DNA from: a virus
Lineage: Duplodnaviria > Caudoviricetes
Strand: one strand, 5' to 3'
Virus record (IMG/VR): IMGVR_UViG_3300033067_002502
Span: 1-64,000 of that record
Length of the DNA: 64,000 bases
Under the pieces are notes generated by a model, which did not search any database, was not told the origin of the DNA, and saw only the letters and a program-made list of their open reading frames with translations. Within the stretch, counting starts at the first letter, position 1, and each line of letters opens with the position of its first letter. Below are positions 37,147-46,872 of this stretch, in pieces. The position numbers were made by a program, and so were the translations under genes.

Positions 37147-40100
37147 ATGTTTGAAAAAAGCTCTAAAACTGAAACCAAAATGCATATAGAAGCCCTTTAT
37201 TTACCTTCAAGAGGAGCTTGGGGTCTTTATAACACTTCTCGCATAAAAGTAGCTTCTATTGATAAAACAAAGAAAACAGATCTTGGAGGATTTGATCTAA
37301 AAGCTGCTGTTGAAAAAAATCCAGACAATTTATTTGTAAAAGTTTTTGCTATAAAAGCAGATGAAGTTAATGACAATGGAGATTGTTTTAATGAGTCTGA
37401 ATTAAAAAAAGCAGCTCATACTTTTATTGGAGTTCCTGTTTTCGTAAATCATCAAAACGATAACGTAGAGAACGCAAGAGGCAAAGTTATTCATGCTTGG
37501 TATGATGATGATTCAAGAGGGATATATTGCATTAATATGGTTGATAGAGCTGCTTATCCTCGCCTTGCTAGAGGTATTGAGGAAAATTATATAAACGGAA
37601 CTTCGATGGGAGCCCAAGTCGGTTATTCTCTTTGTTCTATTTGTCATAATAAAGCTCATACGGCGGATGAATTTTGTTCGCACATAAAAAACGGTAAGAA
37701 TAGAAAAATTAGCGGAAGTTATGAATGCAAATATCACGAAAGTCCTTGTGGATGCGAAGATAAATGCCCATTAGATAGTAAGAAAAAATCAGAAACAAAA
37801 GAACACCTTCATAAAGATGCTAAAGTTTTTGAATGGAATTATGATATAAAATTTATAGAAGATAGTTTTGTTGTAAATCCAGCTTGTCACGACTGTTTAG
37901 TTTGTGATATTCTTAATGTAGAGGCAGTTAAGAGTGCTACATCAAACAGTATATATGAATTAAAGAAAGTTGCTTCTGCTTTAAGTGAGTCTGTTAGTAA
38001 AATGACAGATGGTTCTTTAGAAAAGACTGCTGGTAAAACAGAAGTTGAAGCTTTGACTCAAGCTATGAATCTTATGGAACACGTTGCTCGTTCTATGATG
38101 GCTCAAAAACAACAGATTCAACTTGATTATGTAAGCGATCTTGTAGAGCAACTTGCAAAGGTTCAATCTTTACAAGATGAACTTGTTGAAATGGGATACG
38201 CTCAATTGCCTTCTCCTCCAGAACAACAAATTGCTCTTGGGAATATAATGCAAAGCCCTGCAGGTCAATCTTCTCAGCAAGTTATGAATCCTTCTCAAGT
38301 TGGACAACAGCCTCAACAAGCAGCTCAAAGTTTAAGTCAACCGCCTTCCTCTGCAAGTCCTTCCTCCGCAAGCCTTGGAGATGTTGGAAGTGTTACTAGA
38401 CCAACATTTACTGGAGCTTCTTTGGAATTAAAGAAGGAATTTATTAAACAGTCATCGAATATGAGCGAGAAGCTGAATTTATTAAGTACAGCATTGCGTG
38501 GTTCTTTGGTCTTGTTAGCTCAAAGGAGAATGAAAGTGTCTAATTCTGAAAATATTGCTGAGTTTTCTAACGGCAATCTAAAAGTAACCGTTGCTAACGT
38601 TGAAGGCGACGGTTTAGTTGTAGGTAAATGGAAAGATAGTAAGCTTGTAAGCTGGGCTTCTCTTGATGAAATGGGCGATGAGATTAAAAGTCTTGCCGCT
38701 TCTAATTTACAAGAAGCTGCAAAAGTTATATTTAGTCAATATCAAAAAGAATCAGGAGTTAATATGTCTGCAAATAATAATACAAAAGTAGCATCTGGAA
38801 ATTCGTCTCAACAAGAAGTTACAACGCAAGCTCAACTTGATAAAGCTGGTCCTCTTCATCCAAGAGAAGAAAAATATCCAACAGTTACAACTCAAGCACA
38901 ACTTGAAGGCGGTGGAGAGATTAAACCAGTTAACAATACTACTTCTGACGACAATCAGCTTCGCAAAGATACTGCTCCTGAAGTTACTACGCAAGCTCAA
39001 CTTGAAGCATTAAGTGGAGATCTTGCTAGATGGAACGATTTCCCAGAAGTTATTACTCAAGGTCAATGGGACGAAATGAGTCGTAGAGTTTCTTCTTCTT
39101 TAGGAAGCGATTATACAGATCAAATTACTCAAGCTCAATTAGAAAGTTTGCAAAAGTCTCACAAATGGTCTCCTCCTGAAACAATAACTCAAGATCAACT
39201 TAATTCACAGAAGAAAGTTTCTCCAGAAGGAAAATCAGATTCTGAACGTTGGGCATCTTCTGCTAAGAATCTTATTAAAGCAGCAAGTTCTGCTGTTTCT
39301 GATGCAATCGCAGGATATGGTCTTTCTCCTTCTGATGTATCTAAAGCAGTAAATAAAATAAATGCATCCCCTTATGCTGTTATTAAGGCTTCGTATCTTT
39401 CTCTTATAAACGGATCTCCTGTAAAGATTCAAGCAAGGCTTGCAGAGCGTAATCGTAATAACTATTTTGCTAAGACAGCAAAAGTCTCTTCTGCAGTAGA
39501 TCCTGTAAATGGTCTTCTTGCCGCAATGGGAGACAATATTGGTTATTTGAAAGCAGAAGATTTTGTTGCTGCTGTCAAGTTTGTTGTTAATGATAAAAAA
39601 GCATTTGCATCTGCAGAGTCTTCTGCTCAAGTAAAAATTGCTTCAAATAATAATGATAGCGTAGAAGTTGTTGATACAGACAGTCTTTTCCGTCAAGCTT
39701 TTGCAGAAATGGATCGTCCTGAAGATGGTCTTTATAAGATATGCGGAACTCTTACAGAAGATGTAAAAACAAATCCTTCAGATAAGACTGCGTTTATGAA
39801 TTCTTTATTCTCTTTTGCAAAAACTCAAATTGACGTTCCTTTTGTTATTGCAAAAGTTGATTTAGATAAAGAAGCTGGCGTTTTTGAAATTGAATGTAAA
39901 GAAGAAAGATGCTGTTCTTCAGAAGAAAAAACAGCTTTCGCTTCTGTATTGAATTCTCAAGTTAAGACAGCAACACAAAAACCACAAGAAAAGAAAGAAG
40001 AAAAAGTTGCTCGCTCTTCTAATAGAGCAAATCTTGTTAAAGAAGCTCAGATGATGGGCGGTCAAATGGGAGGAGGAGCAGGTGGTGCTGGTCCTGCTGG

Positions 40101-43100
40101 TGGAATGGGAACAATGCCTGGAGCAGACGCTGGTGGAATGGGTCAGCCTCCTACAGAAAATCTTGGTGGTCAGCCTGGAGAACTTGGTGGAGAAGATGGT
40201 TTAGATGATATGGGTGGAGAAGATTCTGATATGCAACCAAAACCACCTGGTACAATTTGTCCAGTTTGCGGTTCTGGAGACGTTGATGTTCTTGATGGAA
40301 AAGGTAAATGCGGAAATTGTTCTGCAGAATTTTCTTATAAAGTTGATATTGAAATTACAAAATATCCTGGACTTCTTGATGATGGAAAAGAAGGCGGAGA
40401 AGAAGATGGTCTTGGTGGACCTGGCGAAGAAACAGAAGGTGCTGGAGAAGGGTTTGCTCTTCCTGAAGGCAACGAGCCTGCAAGTATGCCAGTTGCTGCT
40501 ATGACTCAAATTAAACCAGAAATGATTAAGAAAGCAAAAGCAGATGCTCTTGCTAATGGATCAACATGGTCATTGGGAAGTATTAGTCCTTATACTGGAT
40601 CTAATAGCGTTATGAAGATTAGTGATAATAAATTCCTTTGTCTTGATACAGGCGGAACTTACGAAGTTCACGCTGCTGGTGTTGATAACAAGGGCAGCAA
40701 AGCAGTATTTGCTGAATGGCGTTTTGAAGCTAAACCTCTAGTTGGAAATTGCGAAAGTTGCAGACGTAAGAAAAACGCATTTTCTTCAGCTCTTAAGTCT
40801 CACGGCATGAGCGATGAAGTTTTTGATTCAATGCTTCTTCTTGATAAAGGTAAAACAGTTCTTGCTATGAAAGAAAAAGGATTATTTAGCACTGTAAAAA
40901 CAGCTTCTAATAAATCTTCTATTCTTCAAGGACTTAAGAAGACATCTTCTTTCGGAAGCAAATTCCCAATTGAAACTTGTAGAGAAAAAATTGCTCGTAA
41001 ATTTGGACAGAATGCTCTTGCTTTGAGTGGTCCATGCGAAGGAGCAAATTTAGCTGATTGTGTTTGTAAGAAGCTTTCAACTGCTGGCGTTTACAGCAAC
41101 AACCTTGCTGTAAAAGTTGCAAGCGTTTGGGCTAACGAAGATCAAATGGTTCAATGTGTTGAAGATTTTGTTCGTAGTAAGAAATTCTCTATGAAACAAT
41201 CATGTTTCATATGCGATCAACTTAAGACAAAGTATGCACAATTTGATGATAGTGCTGCAGAAGAGATTGGTGGGGAGTCTTCAATGCCTATGAGCGGACA
41301 AGATAATTCTCAAGCTACAGAAGAACCTTCTAATGATGATGGTTTTGGAGATGTAGATCCATTTTCTTCTGAAGATAGTTCTAGCGAAGAAAGCAGTCAA
41401 GAGACAAGCGATCCTTCTATGAGCGGAGAGCCTGGAATTGAAGAAACTCCATCTATTGAAGGAGGAGAAGGAACTGATTCTCCTTTAGGATTAGGAGAAG
41501 AAACAGAAGTATCTAGTCCTATGACAACTCCTACAGCAATGCCTCCTATGGAAGGAAATAAGCCTGGAGTAGGAATGGTAACATTTGAAATACCTCTTGA
41601 TGCTCTTGAACAACTTGATAAAGCTATAGATATTGCTAAGGGAGAGAATCCAGCAGAAGAAGCACATCATCAAGAGCCATTAAGCGGAGCGGCTGTTATT
41701 GATATGCCTTTGGAATCTGTTGAAGGTCTTGATCAAGCAGCAGATCAAGTTCTTGATACGGCTGTTGATGCAACAAAAGAAGTAGGAGAATCTATTGGAG
41801 AAGCAATGAACTCTACCGAAACTCCTATGGAAGAAGAATCTGTTGGTGAAAAAGAAGTTGAACCTTCAAGTGAAGAATCTCATTCAGAAGGAGGAGAATC
41901 TTCTGAATCTCCAGAAGTAAAAGAAGAAAGCTTTGATAAAACAGGAGAAGAACCTTCTGAAGAAAGCAACAAGGATTCTTTTATGTCGCAAGCACAAGCA
42001 TCAGCTCAAGTATTCAAGAAAGGTAAGATTGGAGGAACTGGCGAAATCAATTTAGATTTAAGTCATGTTATGAAAGTTCTTGCAAGTCAAGGTAAAATTG
42101 CTAAAGAAGTATCTTTAGAAAATGTTCAAGACAATAAAGATATTGGAAAAGTTAGCGATGGAAAGACAATGGGTAATGAAGAAAAATTCGATGCTAAAAA
42201 ACCAGAAGTCTTTACTGGTGATGCAACGATGGGTGGAGAATCAGAAGCAGGATATAACAATGATAAACCAAAGGCTTCTTTTGAATCTGGCGGAGCAGAA
42301 ATGGGTGATGAAAAAGCACAAGGGTATACAGCTGAAAAACAAAATACAGCAACAGGCGGAGATAAGGGTCAAGGAAACCACACCTCGTCTAGCAAAGCAA
42401 GAATGTCTTCTTTAGCAGAAAGAATTGTTAATGCTTCTGTAAAGAAAACAGCAAATGATAAGAAATTAGAAAATGCAGCACCTATTTCTGAAGATGGAGA
42501 TGTAAAGCCATTTTCAGCAAATAAAGATAATCCAAAGAGCGGAAATCCTATTAAGCCTTTTGAAGAAGGACAAAAAGTAGGAAAAGTTGACGCTGGAGAT
42601 TCTAGTTTTATGGGTCATGAAAAAGAAACATTAACAAGCGTACCAAAGGAAGAAAATTCAGCCCCTAGCATTCCTGCTGGCGGAGGAAAGAATCCTAAGT
42701 ATGATAATAACGAAAAGAATACGCCGGAAAAACAAACGGCACATAAAGGAACAGTAATCTCTAGTGGAGATACAGAGTCCTTGGCGGTTAAAAAAGAGGC
42801 TGCAACAAGGGTCGCAGGTCGTAAGTTAAAAGCTGGCATGATATCAATAGATAAGCTAGCATCAGAAATCGAGAAACTTTCTCGTTATGATACTTCCGAT
42901 TTGAGAGACATTGAAACAGCTCTTTTCGGAGCTTCCAAGAAAGGACTTGACACTGTTGCAAAGGGTTCGGAAAAACCAATAGTTATTTCCGAAAAGAGCA
43001 ATCAAAGAAAAATTACATCGGAATTGAAGGATTCTTTACAGAGTTTGTTTACTCTAGATAAGAGAAACGTTCTTGCTCAGGACGATCCAACAGTCGAGAT

Positions 43101-43125
43101 CAAGAAAAGTAATTATAGATCGTAA
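37147..43125 (+). CDS. capsid maturation protease/scaffold polyprotein (1992 aa)
   Basis: N-terminal NDNGDCF, VFVNHQ, ARGKVI, TSMG, CSICHN, EDSFVVNPA resemble HK97/assemblin-type proteases with a Zn insert; long low-complexity remainder; lies upstream of the capsid genes. Confidence 0.8.
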   Translation: MFEKSSKTETKMHIEALYLPSRGAWGLYNTSRIKVASIDKTKKTDLGGFDLKAAVEKNPDNLFVKVFAIKADEVNDNGDCFNESELKKAAHTFIGVPVFVNHQNDNVENARGKVIHAWYDDDSRGIYCINMVDRAAYPRLARGIEENYINGTSMGAQVGYSLCSICHNKAHTADEFCSHIKNGKNRKISGSYECKYHESPCGCEDKCPLDSKKKSETKEHLHKDAKVFEWNYDIKFIEDSFVVNPACHDCLVCDILNVEAVKSATSNSIYELKKVASALSESVSKMTDGSLEKTAGKTEVEALTQAMNLMEHVARSMMAQKQQIQLDYVSDLVEQLAKVQSLQDELVEMGYAQLPSPPEQQIALGNIMQSPAGQSSQQVMNPSQVGQQPQQAAQSLSQPPSSASPSSASLGDVGSVTRPTFTGASLELKKEFIKQSSNMSEKLNLLSTALRGSLVLLAQRRMKVSNSENIAEFSNGNLKVTVANVEGDGLVVGKWKDSKLVSWASLDEMGDEIKSLAASNLQEAAKVIFSQYQKESGVNMSANNNTKVASGNSSQQEVTTQAQLDKAGPLHPREEKYPTVTTQAQLEGGGEIKPVNNTTSDDNQLRKDTAPEVTTQAQLEALSGDLARWNDFPEVITQGQWDEMSRRVSSSLGSDYTDQITQAQLESLQKSHKWSPPETITQDQLNSQKKVSPEGKSDSERWASSAKNLIKAASSAVSDAIAGYGLSPSDVSKAVNKINASPYAVIKASYLSLINGSPVKIQARLAERNRNNYFAKTAKVSSAVDPVNGLLAAMGDNIGYLKAEDFVAAVKFVVNDKKAFASAESSAQVKIASNNNDSVEVVDTDSLFRQAFAEMDRPEDGLYKICGTLTEDVKTNPSDKTAFMNSLFSFAKTQIDVPFVIAKVDLDKEAGVFEIECKEERCCSSEEKTAFASVLNSQVKTATQKPQEKKEEKVARSSNRANLVKEAQMMGGQMGGGAGGAGPAGGMGTMPGADAGGMGQPPTENLGGQPGELGGEDGLDDMGGEDSDMQPKPPGTICPVCGSGDVDVLDGKGKCGNCSAEFSYKVDIEITKYPGLLDDGKEGGEEDGLGGPGEETEGAGEGFALPEGNEPASMPVAAMTQIKPEMIKKAKADALANGSTWSLGSISPYTGSNSVMKISDNKFLCLDTGGTYEVHAAGVDNKGSKAVFAEWRFEAKPLVGNCESCRRKKNAFSSALKSHGMSDEVFDSMLLLDKGKTVLAMKEKGLFSTVKTASNKSSILQGLKKTSSFGSKFPIETCREKIARKFGQNALALSGPCEGANLADCVCKKLSTAGVYSNNLAVKVASVWANEDQMVQCVEDFVRSKKFSMKQSCFICDQLKTKYAQFDDSAAEEIGGESSMPMSGQDNSQATEEPSNDDGFGDVDPFSSEDSSSEESSQETSDPSMSGEPGIEETPSIEGGEGTDSPLGLGEETEVSSPMTTPTAMPPMEGNKPGVGMVTFEIPLDALEQLDKAIDIAKGENPAEEAHHQEPLSGAAVIDMPLESVEGLDQAADQVLDTAVDATKEVGESIGEAMNSTETPMEEESVGEKEVEPSSEESHSEGGESSESPEVKEESFDKTGEEPSEESNKDSFMSQAQASAQVFKKGKIGGTGEINLDLSHVMKVLASQGKIAKEVSLENVQDNKDIGKVSDGKTMGNEEKFDAKKPEVFTGDATMGGESEAGYNNDKPKASFESGGAEMGDEKAQGYTAEKQNTATGGDKGQGNHTSSSKARMSSLAERIVNASVKKTANDKKLENAAPISEDGDVKPFSANKDNPKSGNPIKPFEEGQKVGKVDAGDSSFMGHEKETLTSVPKEENSAPSIPAGGGKNPKYDNNEKNTPEKQTAHKGTVISSGDTESLAVKKEAATRVAGRKLKAGMISIDKLASEIEKLSRYDTSDLRDIETALFGASKKGLDTVAKGSEKPIVISEKSNQRKITSELKDSLQSLFTLDKRNVLAQDDPTVEIKKSNYRS

Positions 43126-43156
43126 ATTTAGAAAAATCACTTAAGGAGATTTTAGT

Positions 43157-43807
43157 ATGGCATGTATTCCAAAATATCACACAGCAGTAGCAATGTTCCC
43201 AGTTGATCCAGCAGACGTTGCTTTGATCAATACAGGTTCTTCAGATGCAACCTACGGCATTTATGCAGGACAAATTGTTGGTATCAATTCAGCCGGTTAT
43301 GTTAAGCACGCAACCAAAAGCGATTCAGCTGGTGCTGCAAAATTCGTTCCAGTTGGAATTGCAGCAGATTCAATGGCTGTATCTGCTGGTCACACAGCTT
43401 ACCAAGATAGTCTTGTTGTAAGCGCAACAGGTATTAGAAAGGGAACACAGAATAGAGTTTCTGACATGTTCAACGAAACTCTTGGCTCTGGTCTTTTGAG
43501 CGTTTATATCGTTGGTGGAGAATTTTACACAGACATGTATATGTCTTCTGAGTCTTCAAACTTTGTTCCAGGAGCTCTTGTTTATAATCAAGGTGCAGCA
43601 GCATATACAACTGCTAATGCAGGAATGCTTAGCACAACAAGTGCAACAAATTATGTAGTAGGAGTTTGCACTTCTATTGTTCAGGGTTACCCATCGGGTG
43701 TCCCAGGCGTAGGAGGAGCAGTTGCATCCGTAGATTATTCTATGCCTCTTTCAACATTTAATACAAACGGTGGATTTGTATCTTTCATATTAAACATTCA
43801 GATATAA
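43157..43807 (+). CDS. putative capsid decoration/cement protein
   Basis: Between scaffold and MCP; AAGGAG RBS; GGEFYTDMY, PGALVY, VVGVC. Confidence 0.65.
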   Translation: MACIPKYHTAVAMFPVDPADVALINTGSSDATYGIYAGQIVGINSAGYVKHATKSDSAGAAKFVPVGIAADSMAVSAGHTAYQDSLVVSATGIRKGTQNRVSDMFNETLGSGLLSVYIVGGEFYTDMYMSSESSNFVPGALVYNQGAAAYTTANAGMLSTTSATNYVVGVCTSIVQGYPSGVPGVGGAVASVDYSMPLSTFNTNGGFVSFILNIQI

Positions 43808-43936
43808 TATGAATAATATATCTACATAATATTAAGTGTAGATTGTCCTAGAGGATATTTCTTTTAGGAGAAAACAAATTTGTGATTTTGAGATCTATTA
43901 AAAAGGATATTCAAAAAACATATAAGGAGATCGAAA

Positions 43937-44827
43937 ATGAGTCTTGTAAAAACATATAATGATGAGCAAAAAGAAATGATTATTGCTCAAGCCTTGGAAA
44001 CAGACGAAGGACGTACAGCTCTTGCTCAAGCAATGGTTGAACCAATCCGTCGTTCGCTTGAATATCAAGCAGTTGGTCGTAAGCTTTTGATGGTAGACGA
44101 ACTTCCACAAGGAGCTCTTGCTCGTTACGAAAGAGACGTTGCTGCTATTGCTCACGTTGTATCTCGTAGAGGTGCAGTTCCTGATCAAATTCAGGAAGGT
44201 GAAGAAATTCTTGTTCCAACTTGGGAAATTGCAGCGAATCCAACGATTCGTCTTAGCGAAATCAAAGCTCGTAGATTCTACATTGTAGATAGAGCTCAGA
44301 TTAAGGCTAAAGAAGCAATTCAGAAAGAGGAAGATGAGCAAATCTTCAACGCATGCATCAACGCATGTCGTGCAGATCAGTCTATCGGAGGAGCTGCTCC
44401 TCTTACTCCTCAGATGCTTAATAATGCTTTCAAAGAAATTGAACAGCACGATTTAGTATGTACTAAGATTGTTATGCATGCTAACCGTTATGCAGAAGTT
44501 CGTTTCTTCAACGGTTCAGGCGGAACTCTTCCTTCTTATCGTTTCTACGACGAAGCAACCACAAGAGAAATCTTAACAACTGGTCTTTACGGCCACTTGT
44601 GGACAGCAGATCTTCATGTTTCATCTCGTATGAACATTCAGTACGTTCTTGCTGTTGCTTCTCCTGATACAGTTGGTGCTTTCCCAATTCGTCAAGATAT
44701 TACAGTTCTTCCAGCTGACGATCCTAAGAAACTTCGTCTTGGTTGGGTTATTTATGAAGAAGTTGGAGTCGCAATCATAAACGACTACGCAATTTCTCTT
44801 ATTACTCTTACCGGCGGTATAACCTAA
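43937..44827 (+). CDS. major capsid protein (HK97 fold, encapsulin-like size)
   Basis: GRTALAQAMVEPIRRSLEYQAVGRKLLMVDELPQGALARY and GWVIYEEVGVAIIN; strong RBS, biased codons, terminator downstream. Confidence 0.85.
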   Translation: MSLVKTYNDEQKEMIIAQALETDEGRTALAQAMVEPIRRSLEYQAVGRKLLMVDELPQGALARYERDVAAIAHVVSRRGAVPDQIQEGEEILVPTWEIAANPTIRLSEIKARRFYIVDRAQIKAKEAIQKEEDEQIFNACINACRADQSIGGAAPLTPQMLNNAFKEIEQHDLVCTKIVMHANRYAEVRFFNGSGGTLPSYRFYDEATTREILTTGLYGHLWTADLHVSSRMNIQYVLAVASPDTVGAFPIRQDITVLPADDPKKLRLGWVIYEEVGVAIINDYAISLITLTGGIT

Positions 44828-44872
44828 TATTGGGTTAGTATAATAAGTATTAATCAACTTGAATGATTAAAC

Positions 44873-44903
44873 AAGGGATATCCAAAGGGGTATCCCTTTT
44901 TTA
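44873..44903 (+). terminator. intrinsic terminator after the MCP gene
   Basis: GGGATATCC-aaag-GGGTATCCC followed by a T-run. Confidence 0.85.
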
Positions 44904-44922
44904 TTTAATATTGAAGATTTTT

Positions 44923-44930
44923 GTCGATAA
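44923..44930 (+). promoter_or_regulatory. sigma-28-like -10 element
   Basis: GTCGATAA directly after the capsid terminator; one mismatch to GCCGATAA. Confidence 0.6.
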
Positions 44931-44936
44931 AATAAT

Positions 44937-46358
44937 ATGAAGTTTATAAATACTACTAAAAATTCGGTTCATCTTGAGGATATAAAATTATCAATACCTT
45001 ATAACGACGAGATTCCTCAACACATTGATACAGAATTAGTAAAAAGAAGTTCTTCTTTTCAACAAATGGTTTCTTTTGGAGGATTTAAAGTAATCGAAGC
45101 AACAGTAGATCGCATTGAGCAAAATCTTTTAAAATTAAGTAATTTATATAATCCAATTATTGAAGAAGAAAAAACTAGACCTAAAAGTGGGAATAAAGTT
45201 GAGGTTATATTAAGGGGTCATTTTTACGAAACGACTGGTTATTCTAAAGTAAATAGGAATTTGGCAATAAACTTATATCGTAACGGTTTTTTTGTAGAAA
45301 TAGACCCAATTTCTACAAAAAATAACGATATGAATGAAATAGAGGCAAGGGTTTTTTCATCTTTTAGAAAAACAGCAGGAAAGGATGCAATACTTATTGA
45401 TAGTGTTATTCCTTCTCAAGGAAATCCCATTAAGGGTCATTATAATATATTATATACAACTTCTGAGTGTTGTTTTGTTCCAAAACAATTTATCGAAATA
45501 GCTTCCTCCTATGATGAAATTTGGGTAACAAGTAATTTTAGTAAATCATCTTTTAAGAATAGTGGCTGTAATTCTAAAATAACAGTTGTTCCTCCAATAA
45601 TAAATAAAAATTTATACAAAGAAAATGTTTCTCCTTATTTATTTAGACCTCAATTAAGAGAATTTTCTTTTTTAAGTGTGTTGACTTGGGATTACAGAAA
45701 AGGAAGCGATGCTCTTTTAAAATCTTATTGTAAAACTTTTACAAACAGAGATGAAGTATCTCTTGTTCTTCTTATTTCAGAAAAATCAAAATCTATTCAA
45801 AAAGAGATTAAAGAAGATATTAGAAAGCATATGTCTTTTCCAAACGCTCCACATGTTCTCGTGTGTACTAAGTCAATAGTAGAGCATCAGATGCCTTCTT
45901 TTTATAAGTCTTGTAATGCTTTTGTTTTACCATCTCGCGGAGAAGGTTTTGGTCTTCCGTTCTGTGAAGCTTCTTTATGTGGTCTTCCTATTATTTCAAC
46001 AAATTATGGAGGACAGCTTGATTTTTTGTCTGAAAATAATTCAACATTAATAGATGTTGATGAATTAGAAAAAGCAAGCAAAACTGGAATACATTATTGG
46101 GATGGACAATTGTTTCCTAGTTTGAAGTCTGAATCATTTATAAATTCTCTTGCTGATGGAATGAGAAGTGTTTACTTGAATTACGGTAAGTCTGTTGAAA
46201 AAAATAAAATTTTGCAAAATAAGATTATTGAATATTTTAGCGGAGAAAAAGTTAAACATCAGACGAAGATATTATTAGATTCTGTTTGGGACTCTTTGAA
46301 AAGGCGTAAAAATGATTGTTCTATTAAATACATCAAACAAAACTATTACAATATGTGA
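44937..46358 (+). CDS. GT-B (GT4-like) glycosyltransferase with extra N-terminal domain
   Basis: TGYSKVNR, DEIWVTSNF, RKGSDALL, FVLPSRGEGFGLPFCEA. Confidence 0.9.
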   Translation: MKFINTTKNSVHLEDIKLSIPYNDEIPQHIDTELVKRSSSFQQMVSFGGFKVIEATVDRIEQNLLKLSNLYNPIIEEEKTRPKSGNKVEVILRGHFYETTGYSKVNRNLAINLYRNGFFVEIDPISTKNNDMNEIEARVFSSFRKTAGKDAILIDSVIPSQGNPIKGHYNILYTTSECCFVPKQFIEIASSYDEIWVTSNFSKSSFKNSGCNSKITVVPPIINKNLYKENVSPYLFRPQLREFSFLSVLTWDYRKGSDALLKSYCKTFTNRDEVSLVLLISEKSKSIQKEIKEDIRKHMSFPNAPHVLVCTKSIVEHQMPSFYKSCNAFVLPSRGEGFGLPFCEASLCGLPIISTNYGGQLDFLSENNSTLIDVDELEKASKTGIHYWDGQLFPSLKSESFINSLADGMRSVYLNYGKSVEKNKILQNKIIEYFSGEKVKHQTKILLDSVWDSLKRRKNDCSIKYIKQNYYNM

Positions 46359-46872
46359 TAAAACTGTAAAAGTTTATCCTTGGTCAAAAATTAAAGAAAT
46401 ATCTGGAATCCTAGATGGGAAAGAGATTCTTTATGTTTCTGAAATTTTATCTGTAACTGGAGACGAAGTTATTGATTTAATTAATGAAAGTATTGGAGAA
46501 GAAAATATTGGAGATCAAACGAGTATTTTAGAAACAGAATTTTATATTCACACAAAGACAAAATCAAAAATAATGGCAACGTATAACGGAAAAGACTATC
46601 TATTTAAAGGATGTTACGATCTTAGGCCTATAAATTCTTTACCAGAAGGAATGCTAGAGAAATGTTATATTATCGTAGAGGGACTTAAGAATGGTTTACT
46701 TGAAATAGTTGGAGAATCTGAGAAAAATTTTCTTATGCAAAAATACGAAGAAGAAAGCATTGAAGCAAAAGATTCTTTAAATAGGTTAGAAGAGTCAATT
46801 AAAGGGTCTGTTGACGATCCAATTGAAATAAATTTATCACCTTCAGGTAATTTTAAGAAAGGAAAGAATTGA
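46312..46872 (+). CDS. hypothetical protein
   Basis: ORF within the operon. Confidence 0.65.
   Translation: MIVLLNTSNKTITICDKTVKVYPWSKIKEISGILDGKEILYVSEILSVTGDEVIDLINESIGEENIGDQTSILETEFYIHTKTKSKIMATYNGKDYLFKGCYDLRPINSLPEGMLEKCYIIVEGLKNGLLEIVGESEKNFLMQKYEEESIEAKDSLNRLEESIKGSVDDPIEINLSPSGNFKKGKN

Noticed and set aside
43898-44449. 183-aa antisense ORF over the MCP, and similar antisense ORFs (29482, 35864, 39235, 63714)
   Set aside because: Shadows of codon-biased sense genes; no RBS and no recognisable motifs.
43937-44827. Cellular encapsulin operon
   Set aside because: The terminase, portal, protease and decoration gene context indicates a phage capsid.
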